Part shown: piece by piece, positions 1 through 8,600 of the stretch
Layout of the letters: every line of letters begins with the position of its first letter
How positions within the stretch are numbered: position 1 is the stretch's first letter
Virus record (IMG/VR): IMGVR_UViG_3300034053_000106
Span: 1-35,775 of that record
Origin: a virus
Lineage: Duplodnaviria > Caudoviricetes
Reading direction: 5' to 3' (one strand)
DNA length: 35,775 nt
The notes under the pieces: model-generated
What the model saw: the letters and a program-made list of their open reading frames with translations, nothing else
Told to the model about the DNA's origin: nothing
The model's database searches: none
Translations under genes and position numbers: made by a program

Positions 1-1008
1 CTACTGCGACAAGCCCGTGCCGATCATCTTCAACGCGGACGACTTCAGGGCATCACCGGAGCCGAACATCCGATGCACATAGCGGTCGCCTTTGATGCAC
101 TGCTTGTGATCGACCCAGGCAGTGACCGCGTTGATCGCGCCCCACCAGTTCTCTCCGACTGCGTCAATCTGCATTTCCGGGATGCCCTGCGCAAAGACGG
201 TCGCAATTTCCTGGCGATCGGCTACAAGACTTGCGATGCGCGTCTCAAACGCTCGCCTCACGCGCGGATTGCTGGAAGCAGTCAATGGCCGCGCCGGATC
301 AGGCAGCAGCCGACTCACGAACCGGTCAAACGCGCGCTGATCGCAGCCTGCCTGCGAAAGCTTCGTAAAAAACGCGCGGGTTTCGTCGCACTGCCTCGTC
401 ACAAAATCGAAGAAGCTCTTCGCTTCTTCGGCCAGCAAGCGATAACTGCCACTGTGACCTCGCCGCAGAGCCAGGCTCCTCGCCTTCGGCGACAAGGCCA
501 GCGAGAGCGTGTTCTGGCACACCACCCGCACCGTGGTGAGGCGGAAATCGATGGCCCGTGATCCGTCATGGCTATTCGAGTACAGCAAGTACGGTTGGAT
601 GACGTCCTCGCCATGCAGAACAATGTCGCCAGGAATGCGTGCGAGAAGCCAAACGACCTCGCCTTGCCGGAGATAGCCGCCGGTGTGATAAACCGGCTCA
701 CCGCGGCCAAGCAAGGCATCGAACAGTTGCAGCCCCTCACGATTTTGCAGCGGGCGGAATCCAGGATGGACGACGCCGATCACCCGCCCGGGATCGCCCG
801 GCTTGCGATCCTTTCGCACGACCGCGCGTCGCTGCGGCGCGAGCGAGTCAGCTTCGGCTGCGACTGCCAGTGGCAAAAGCTCGACCTCCCAGTCGAGTCC
901 GCCGTGCGCCAGCGCTTCATCCAGCGTAGCGGGCCGATCGAGCCGTTTGCCGAGCTTGTGCCACGGTTGGTCACCGTAATAGAACATCTCACCAATCTCG
1001 TGCGCCAT
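1..1008 (-). CDS. DUF932 family phage/plasmid-like protein (TIGR03299-like)
   Basis: Start moved to MAHEIGEMFYYGDQPWHKLG (ATG 1008). Family motifs PWHxLG, GLDWEV, PLQN, YLLYSNSHDGS, TTVRVVCQNTL and WGAINAVT. Confidence 0.85.
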   Translation of the reverse strand: MAHEIGEMFYYGDQPWHKLGKRLDRPATLDEALAHGGLDWEVELLPLAVAAEADSLAPQRRAVVRKDRKPGDPGRVIGVVHPGFRPLQNREGLQLFDALLGRGEPVYHTGGYLRQGEVVWLLARIPGDIVLHGEDVIQPYLLYSNSHDGSRAIDFRLTTVRVVCQNTLSLALSPKARSLALRRGHSGSYRLLAEEAKSFFDFVTRQCDETRAFFTKLSQAGCDQRAFDRFVSRLLPDPARPLTASSNPRVRRAFETRIASLVADRQEIATVFAQGIPEMQIDAVGENWWGAINAVTAWVDHKQCIKGDRYVHRMFGSGDALKSSALKMIGTGLSQ

Positions 1009-1197
1009 GTTCGCCTTCCCAGTTCTGGTCGTTCCTAGCGGGTCATCCGCCCGCAACGTCGGCGATGTCGATGCCCAATGCTCAGCAGCGTCGCCCCGCC
1101 ATCCATAATGACTGGGCGCAATCACTATCGCTCGTCATACATGGACTTCCGTTCATTCGGTTCCAACGATACCCTTGTCGTAGAAGTCGAACGAAAA

Positions 1198-2044
1198 TTC
1201 CCCTACTTTTTGACGGATAACTATGTGGCCGTTTTTCAGGAAAGCACGCGCAAGAAAGACCCCGGATCTTCATGGTGAAGCCCCGAGCCGTCGCCGTCCG
1301 ATGAAGTTCGAGGAGTTGGTCGCTGACTTGGGTGACTTCAGTGATCTCGCCCGGCACGACACCGCGCTCAAGTTCTGGCTGCCCGAGCCAGCCAATGAGG
1401 CCCTCAAGGAGATCTGCGAGCGAGCGGGCGAGTCGATGAGTGAGATGTTGCGGCGCTTTCTCGCACAACACTGCTATGGCGTGTATGCGACGGAAGTGAT
1501 GAACAGTGCCGTTTCGGGCATTTTCAAGGATCCGACACCGGTTATGTTAAGTAGGTCATTTAGAGATCCTCCCGAAGGCAAAGTGAGAATCGATACCTAC
1601 TGGGTACCCGAGCTCGGTAAGAACGTGGTGCCCATCAAGGTCTGGATTCCTGCCCGGATCCGCACGGATCTCGAGGCGCTCGCTGCGCATGCCGAGATCA
1701 AGCCGTCGCAGTACGTGCGTGAGATTGTGATCTCACGCCTGCTCGGGCACGGCATGCTACCCAAGCGGCCGCAGATGCTTGAGGCCGCCCCGCTCCCGTC
1801 GGCGGATGACTGGTGCGAAGGCCGGGACGTGCCGATGCGCGTAGCCACCAAGGAGGAGTGTTGGTTACACCCGGAAGGAAGACACACGACTGAGTGGGTG
1901 GACGAGCACTCGACGACGACTTGATGCCATTCACGTCTAACTACGGAACCACACGAGAAATACGGCGCCACCGCCTCGCTCGATCCGAACCAGACCCTGC
2001 GCGCCTCCGGTCGCCGCACTCGTCCGTGCGGAAAAGTAGGGGAA
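1198..2044. repeat. Perfect 13-bp inverted repeat pair flanking the RHH-like gene
   Basis: TTCCCCTACTTTT at 1198-1210 and its reverse complement AAAAGTAGGGGAA at 2032-2044, both intergenic. Confidence 0.7.
1223..1924 (+). CDS. Hypothetical protein with two ribbon-helix-helix-like DNA-binding segments
   Basis: Two similar strand-helix-helix segments: ALKFWLPEPANEALKEICERAGESMSEMLRRFL and PIKVWIPARIRTDLEALAAHAEIKPSQYVREIV. Start could alternatively be the downstream Met at 1301. Confidence 0.6.
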   Translation: MWPFFRKARARKTPDLHGEAPSRRRPMKFEELVADLGDFSDLARHDTALKFWLPEPANEALKEICERAGESMSEMLRRFLAQHCYGVYATEVMNSAVSGIFKDPTPVMLSRSFRDPPEGKVRIDTYWVPELGKNVVPIKVWIPARIRTDLEALAAHAEIKPSQYVREIVISRLLGHGMLPKRPQMLEAAPLPSADDWCEGRDVPMRVATKEECWLHPEGRHTTEWVDEHSTTT

Positions 2045-2105
2045 CTTCGGTTTCATAGGGAACCAGAAACCTACAGTGGGCCCGTTCATCAGACCGGAGC
2101 CCACC

Positions 2106-2510
2106 ATGATTCCTCGATTACTGCCCCTCGCCCTCGCTGCCACCGCCCTCACGGTAGGTTGCGCCAGTTCACCTCAGTTGGTCGTCGATCCAAAGTCGAT
2201 CTCCAATGAGGCGAGCTATCAAGCAGACCTAGACGAGTGCCGCACGATCGCAAAGTCCTACGACAAGGGCGATACGACAGCAAAGAACGCTGCAGTCGGT
2301 ACCGTCGTGGGCGGGACTGCGGTGGCGGGCGTCGCAACCGCGATCGCCGGTGCTGTCTTCCTTCCAGCCGTTCCATTCATTGTCGCCGGCGCGGCCTTGG
2401 GTGGGCTAACTGGCGGAGGGACGAGCAAAATGAGCGAGGTGAAGGCGCAGGAGCATGTCCTCGCCGAATGCATGTCCGCTCGCGGATATACCGTCTTCAA
2501 ACCCACTTAG
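2106..2510 (+). CDS. Glycine-zipper lipoprotein
   Basis: Signal peptide MIPRLLPLALAATALTVG-C with lipobox. Gly/Ala-rich hydrophobic zipper and the typical DLxEC...ECMSARGY Cys pair. GGAG upstream of ATG 2106. Confidence 0.8.
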   Translation: MIPRLLPLALAATALTVGCASSPQLVVDPKSISNEASYQADLDECRTIAKSYDKGDTTAKNAAVGTVVGGTAVAGVATAIAGAVFLPAVPFIVAGAALGGLTGGGTSKMSEVKAQEHVLAECMSARGYTVFKPT

Positions 2511-2607
2511 TGGTCGGAAAAGTCGGCTGTAGTGCGCCTAGCGCCCGTTCATTGCATTGTGATGTCCTTTCAGCTTGGCGCCGCGGGGACCAGGGAGTAA
2601 GTAATTC

Positions 2608-3354
2608 ATGCCCCGTTTCGCTCCTCCAGCCGTCCTTCGCTGCCCCAGGTGCAGCGATCACCTCTACAAGCAGCGCCTCGCCTCCTTCAATGACTTCGGG
2701 GCGATGGGCTGGTCGGACGGCTACGCCAGCATCTGGGCGCTCAACGCCATCGCTGCCCTCGGGAAATGTCCCTGGTGCAAGGCGCTGTTCTGGCTCGACG
2801 ACGCCGAGCAGGTCGGCGTGCTTCCGCGCGGGCCGTACCGGATCGGCTGGATCGAGCGGGCGTATCTTCACCTCACTGGCGACAAGCGAGGCCTTTTAGC
2901 GCGGGAACGAACCTGGCACACCACGCCATGGGAGTGGAAGAGCGCGAAGGACATCGAACTCCCTACTCTTGCCGACTGGCAGACTGCCTTGCAGGAGCGG
3001 GCAGCGCTCACTCCAGCGCGTGAAAAGCTCGCCCGGCGGCAGATCTGGTGGCGCAGCAATGATCATCTGCGGTTCAGGCGCGACGGCACGCCCTGTGAGG
3101 CCCAGGCGGTGATGGCGGCAGGCGATGAACAAGAGAACCTGGAGCGCTTGCTAGAACTGCGCGAAGCTGAGCCCAAACCGGATCTGGTCGAACTGGGCGA
3201 GATCCTGCGCGAACTTGGCCGATTCGAAGAGGCCCTTGCCGTCCTAGAGCGCGTCGACGGGAAGCAGCGGGAGCAGGCGTTGCTGATCGCTGATTTCGCG
3301 CGGGGCGGCGACGCGGTCGTCCGGGAAGTGTGGCGCAGTCAGTATGACTATTGA
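2608..3354 (+). CDS. Hypothetical protein, N-terminal Zn ribbon and C-terminal TPR-like helices (DUF2225-like architecture)
   Basis: CPRC...CPWC pair and a TPR-like LGEILRELGRFEEALAVL segment. GGGAG RBS upstream. Confidence 0.6.
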   Translation: MPRFAPPAVLRCPRCSDHLYKQRLASFNDFGAMGWSDGYASIWALNAIAALGKCPWCKALFWLDDAEQVGVLPRGPYRIGWIERAYLHLTGDKRGLLARERTWHTTPWEWKSAKDIELPTLADWQTALQERAALTPAREKLARRQIWWRSNDHLRFRRDGTPCEAQAVMAAGDEQENLERLLELREAEPKPDLVELGEILRELGRFEEALAVLERVDGKQREQALLIADFARGGDAVVREVWRSQYDY

Positions 3355-3398
3355 GCGCAACACCGCACCGCAACGCTCGGGCAGAAAAGCACCAAGCA

Positions 3399-3554
3399 CA
3401 CCGGTCAAAACCGGTGGCCCACTCGGGAACCGTACCCGCGTACGTCTATCCGAGACAGATACGAAAACGGCCCCCTTGCGAGTGCTCACCTGTACGAAAC
3501 GGATATTTCGCATCGTGTGTTCCCCTGCTTGTCCCTTTCGGCGGGATGGGGAAC
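3399..3554 (-). ncRNA. Candidate structured RNA (six consecutive hairpins)
   Basis: Minus-strand stems at 3519-3554, 3493-3512, 3473-3482 (GCAA loop), 3439-3463, 3424-3438 and 3399-3416. Several need G-U pairs that only form on the minus strand. No family recognised. Confidence 0.35.
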
Positions 3555-3745
3555 TGAACTCGCGCCCGTCATCTAAACCAGGTAGTAATGCATAGGCCTC
3601 GTAGGCATGGAGTCGATGATTTGGCCAGCGCCAACTGGCGCAACTGCCGCAACACTCGGCCATCGTGCAAACAGGACAACTGACAAGAGGGTAGCAGTCT
3701 CCGCCACTGCTGCGCATAACCACAGAGCCAGCCGTTGATGTAGAG

Positions 3746-5278
3746 TCACAGTGTCGTGACATCTTGCATGGTTACGTTCTTCAACGCCACCAGACGCGGA
3801 ACACCATTGACGCCGTAAGCTGCATATCCTTCTAGGTTCGAAAGGAAGGTCGCCATTACCTCTGTGTCATATGTATTCAACACCGAAACAGCGGCATCTA
3901 TGAACCGCATCTGTAACGCCAGTTGCGCCTCAAAAACGGCCGTCTGCCCACTCAGGGCGTATCGCATCCATCGGACCGCATAATTAACGATGCGCTCAAA
4001 CTCCTCATGCGTCGAGGAAACGGGGCGATCACTCTTCATGGCTGCCTTCACACTGTGGCTTTGTCCTCGCGCCGCGGCGTGCAGGCCCGGCTTGTAGGAC
4101 GCCGGCCGCTCCCGCATCTCGCGAGCCACGACAATCGCAGCTAGGCCAGTTAGAGCGTCGACATCCTCAGACGCTGGCACCTGCTGCAGGCTTACCCAGT
4201 GATCCAGCACGGTGTGCGCGCTCTCTAGATAGCCCCGAAACTGCCTGGGCGTGATGTCCTCGCCAACAGCGGCACTCAGAAGGGGATGCAACTGCCGCAC
4301 CGTGTCGGGCACGGGACGCGCTAGTAGGTCGCACAGACGGATTCGGGACTGCACAAGCCACGGTGGCGCAGGGACAACAACGCACTGCAGCAGCTTCGCG
4401 CTTCGCAGCTTACGCTCCACCTCAGCGAAGTGCAGGAAGTCCAGGGCATGCATGGCCAAATATAGCTGCTCATCCGCTCGCAGCTCCTGGCGCGCAGGTG
4501 GGTTACGGCGCGAAGTCCACTGATCCAAGACGACTTTATACCGCTGCACGACTTCGTCCGGCGAGGGGCGACCAGCCGTTTTCAACACACGCTCGATACG
4601 AATGAGCGCCTCATCCAGCACAGACCGAACCTGGCCGAAGGTGCCATCGATCTCCGCCAACCGCTCGGCAGGAATCTCCGCCGACAGGTAGCCGTGCAGG
4701 TCAATCATGTGCCAGCGCAGGTCAGAATCTGCCCCGCTCGGATACGGGTTGGTCAACTCCAGAGATGCCGTTGCTGCGGTAGGGGCGCGCAGGATCGACA
4801 TCAGCTGCGAGAGGCCCTCACGCTGCTTGAAGCCATGCAGCAACTTTGCCACCTTGAAGACTTGGCCAGCGCCCGCCTGCCGTTCATGCGGTGGTGCATG
4901 CCCCAGAAGGGCCGCCGTATCCTTCAGCATGCGCGCGACAGCCGCCTTGTCCGAAGGGTCGTCACGAGCCTCATCCGGCGAGCGCTGCTGATCCAGCTCC
5001 TTGCCGAGCGCCTCATACGTGCATTCATCGTCAGGAATCGATCGGGCGTTTCCAAGATCGAACTTCCCCGGAAAGATCCGCATCCGATCTTCGTCGCTCA
5101 TGCCTGCATGCAACAGACGTCGCAGCAAGCTCTGCCCGCCCAAGACCTCCCTGCCGATGACGCGTCTGCAGCGATCTTCCACGTAACTCGGGTCTCGCAC
5201 GAAGTCATGAGAAAACAGGTCGACACCCAGGCTTTTGCCTAAATATGCAAATAGCATATTTTGTTGCCACCCAGCCAT
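3746..5278 (-). CDS. Hypothetical 510-aa, probably alpha-helical protein
   Basis: Long ORF with protein-like composition. GGGAG RBS 7 nt before ATG 5278. No catalytic motif recognised. Confidence 0.75.
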   Translation of the reverse strand: MAGWQQNMLFAYLGKSLGVDLFSHDFVRDPSYVEDRCRRVIGREVLGGQSLLRRLLHAGMSDEDRMRIFPGKFDLGNARSIPDDECTYEALGKELDQQRSPDEARDDPSDKAAVARMLKDTAALLGHAPPHERQAGAGQVFKVAKLLHGFKQREGLSQLMSILRAPTAATASLELTNPYPSGADSDLRWHMIDLHGYLSAEIPAERLAEIDGTFGQVRSVLDEALIRIERVLKTAGRPSPDEVVQRYKVVLDQWTSRRNPPARQELRADEQLYLAMHALDFLHFAEVERKLRSAKLLQCVVVPAPPWLVQSRIRLCDLLARPVPDTVRQLHPLLSAAVGEDITPRQFRGYLESAHTVLDHWVSLQQVPASEDVDALTGLAAIVVAREMRERPASYKPGLHAAARGQSHSVKAAMKSDRPVSSTHEEFERIVNYAVRWMRYALSGQTAVFEAQLALQMRFIDAAVSVLNTYDTEVMATFLSNLEGYAAYGVNGVPRLVALKNVTMQDVTTL

Positions 5279-5280
5279 AA

Positions 5281-5505
5281 TTAAACTCCCACTTCCTGCG
5301 TGGTGCCGCCAACCGCCTGCAGACGGGGACGACGTGCCGCGTCGTTGTAGGCCTGTGCGAAACTGCCGATCACCCGATCAGCGATGCCTTCCAGGAATGC
5401 ATCCCAACCGCCACACTCGCTGATATGAACCAACTGAGCGGCCGTGCCGGTGAGGCGCTTGTTTTTCCTGACCACGACCAGCGAACAGGGCTTCTTCTCG
5501 CGCAT
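5281..5505 (-). CDS. Small hypothetical protein (74 aa), probably co-transcribed with the 510-aa gene
   Basis: AAGGA RBS before ATG. The stop lies 2 nt before the next ATG, and the next gene's RBS sits in its last codons. Confidence 0.5.
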   Translation of the reverse strand: MREKKPCSLVVVRKNKRLTGTAAQLVHISECGGWDAFLEGIADRVIGSFAQAYNDAARRPRLQAVGGTTQEVGV

Positions 5506-5600
5506 GACAATATCCTTTTTCTAGGTAGCGCGCCCCGGACTTCCGTAGGCGTCGTGTCACGAATTTCCACTATCGCGCCCCTGAGATCGAGGAAATGAAT

Positions 5601-8600
5601 TCAAACTTTTCTGTACCTTGACAGGGCGCGCGATATGGCGCCCCTCTCACCCACGGATGAGTCGATTGAGCAGCGACGGGAACCGCCCCCATAGCAGTTG
5701 CTAGTCGATGTAGGCTTTCCAGCGCACGGGCAAATCGATGCGGCAGCAGAGAAGAACGAATCAGCCCTACCGTCACCTGGGAGCATCGGTCGAGCCAGCG
5801 CGGGACCAATGGGCTGCACCAGACCGCCGGACGCGAATCCCTGGACACCTGCCAGAGCACGGCCGGCCAGCGCCTGTGCCGGCGCTGACAGGTTGTTGAT
5901 CGCCTCGAAGAAGCCCGCGCCGTAGCGCGCCACGGCGTCCTTGTTCACGACGAACTCACCCGGGGTCAGCATCGCCGGAACCGTATCGGAACGGGCAACC
6001 GTCACCCCCCCGGTCGCGAAAGCCTGAGGACGGGCCGTCATCCGCTTGGCGAGATCCAATTCCATGGCTTTGATCGCGGCATTTTTCTCGGGGATGGCCT
6101 TCATCAGCGCTTCGCGCTCTCGCCAGTAGGCGTAATAAGCGTTCTCGGAGCGAATCTGGTTCGCTTTGCCTGGATGGGCCTCAAGGTCGGCCTTGAGCTT
6201 CTCAAGTTCCGCCTTGGCGATGTCGATTCGTGACCGAAGACGACTCACGTGCGAATCCTCGCCCTGGGCTTCGGGCAAGAGGCGAGGTCTTGATGAGCGC
6301 GCGTGGGATCCGAGGGCGCGCCCCTGCCTGCCCGCGCCAAACAGCACTGCTCCCCCTTGTGCGAAACGGGCAACGCCATTGACCAGACGGGACAGCACCC
6401 CCGCACCGTACTTGCGCACCGCAGCCTTGCGAATCACAAATGCCCCGCCCTCCAAAGTGCGCGGCACGGTGTCATGGTGACCGGAGCCCGGCACACTACC
6501 TCCCGTCATCCGCGGGAAAGCAGGCGCTACCACGCCGCCCTCGGCAAAGCGGCGCAGCCCGCCGCCGACCAGACCACCCGTGGCGTTAACCTCGACCTTT
6601 TGCACGTAAATCGTGTGTGTGCTCGAGGTGTCGTGGCCATTGAGGCTGTCGATCTCGGCACGCACGGCATCGACGTTGCTGGCGACTTGATGCGACGACT
6701 CCGTCTGGATGCGATCGAGCGCCAGAATCATGGTCTCAACGTTGGTAATGGCGGCCTGCGCCTTTTCAGTCGCGACCTTCAACTCGACCTGCGCGTTCTG
6801 ATCGGCGTAGGCCTTGAGTCGATCCAGCGCCTCGCGGGCCTTCGAGACATCGGCGTCGACCGGCAGGGTCTTGCCTTCCTTGAGCAACTGCTCGTACTGC
6901 TGGAGTTGCTTCTCGGCCTCCTGCAGATCGGCCTGAATCTGGAGCAGGTACTCCTTTTCCGCCAGGGCCGCGTCCAGATCGGCGATGGCCTTGTCGAAGC
7001 GCGTGGTGTCCGCGTCGAGCGTGACCTTCAGGCCATCTTTCAGTTTGGCCGTGATCTGATCGATCTGGGCCTCCGTCTGCGTCAGCGTCTGCTGAATCTG
7101 GTCGCGGGCCGTCGTTGCTGCCTGCGCTGCCGTCTGGTGGGCCTTGGCTTCGGCATCCAGCGTGCGGTTGAGGATTTCCTCGGACTCACGGATACGCTGG
7201 ATGGCCTGATTGACGCCGTCCTTGCCCTGCGCGATCTGCGCATCGGCGTCCTTGGTCTTCTGGGCCAACTCGGCACGCAGTTGATCGGCCTGCCGCATCA
7301 GCGCCTCGGCCTGCGCGTATTCCTGCTTGCGGTAGGCCTCGCGCGACTGGGCCTCCAGTTGGGTGACCTGCGACACCGCCTGCTCGGACTGCTTGCGGGC
7401 GTCCTCACTGCGCTTGGCCTCGCTGGTTTGGCTGCTCGCCACCTGCGCGGCCAGATCCATCGCCTTCTGCGCGAGTTGCCGGGCCTGCTCGAATTCGCCA
7501 TTGGCCAGCGCCTCGCGCGCCTTCTCCTGGTACTCGGCGATCTGGCGTTTGCGATCCTCGGTGGCCTCGTACTCGGTCATGCCCTGACGCCGGATATCGC
7601 GGATGCGCTCCTCCGTCGTCATCGAGAGTTGGCGCTTTTCCTCCTCGATGCGCCTGATTTCGACCAGATGCCGGTTGGCCTCGGCGTTGAGCGCGTCGAT
7701 GTGCTGCCGGTACTCGGACAGCGCCTGCGTCATCGTTTGGCGCTTGGTGGCCAGGATTTCGTTTTCGACCCGCTGGACGTTGGCCCGGCGCTCCTCCTCG
7801 GTCTGCCCCTGGCGACGCGCGGACTCGACCCGTGCCCTGGATTCGTCGTCAATGAGTTTCAGGGAGTCGGTTGTGGCCTGCCGCCGCAGCGTGGTCTGCT
7901 GCGTGAGGGCATCGTTCAGCAGTTGCGTTGACTTGGCGATCAGCGCCGCTTCGGACTGTTTGGAGAGATTGAGCGCGCCCTTCTCCTGCTCGTAGCGCGC
8001 CTTCACGGCCTCGACCTGTCGCTGCAGGTTGGCCTCGATGAGGGCGGTCAGCCCCTTGTAGGCCTCAGCCATCTTGGCGGTCGCGTCGTTGACCGTCTGG
8101 TTGGCCTTGCCGACGGCCTGATCAACCTCACCGAGGCGGGATTTCAGCTTCTCCAACGCGCTATGGACAGCCTCGACGCCGCGACCGACCGCTTCCTGCG
8201 TGCCCTGACGCACGGCTTCGAGCCGCTTGGCGATTTCCTCCGCAGCGGTCGCGGCGGTGTTCATTGCGCCCTTGGCCGCTTCCGATCCCTTCGTGGCATC
8301 GGCGTACATCTGCCCGAAGATCTGGTTCATCTGCGCAAGCCGCGCCTCGTGGCGCTGGGTGGCCTCGGCAATCGTGTCGGATGTGAAGATGGCGGCAAAA
8401 GCCTCCCAGCGGTAGCGCAGCTGTTCGATTCCCTTGACCAGCACCTCAACCATGAAGATGCCGGCCTTGCGGACGATCTCGAATTTCTCCGACAGCCACG
8501 TTCCGATCTCCCAGCCCACCAGGAAGGCACCGAGCACCGCAAAAGCCGTCTTGAGCACGCCGACGCTGGCCACCGCCGCCGACACCGACAGGTTCGCGGT

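Noticed and set aside
3413-3472. tRNA/tmRNA-like 3' end on the minus strand (CGGG-TACGGTT-CCCG...CCACC) as a possible att site
   Set aside because: The loop is not TTCRANY, the acceptor stem pairs poorly, there is no CCA end, and it is only about 60 nt. Kept only as part of the candidate RNA.
3244-3762. 172-aa minus-strand ORF (or its 89-aa sub-ORF from 3513)
   Set aside because: Atypical composition, and it overlaps the convergent 2608-3354 gene by 111 nt. Not supportable as a CDS.
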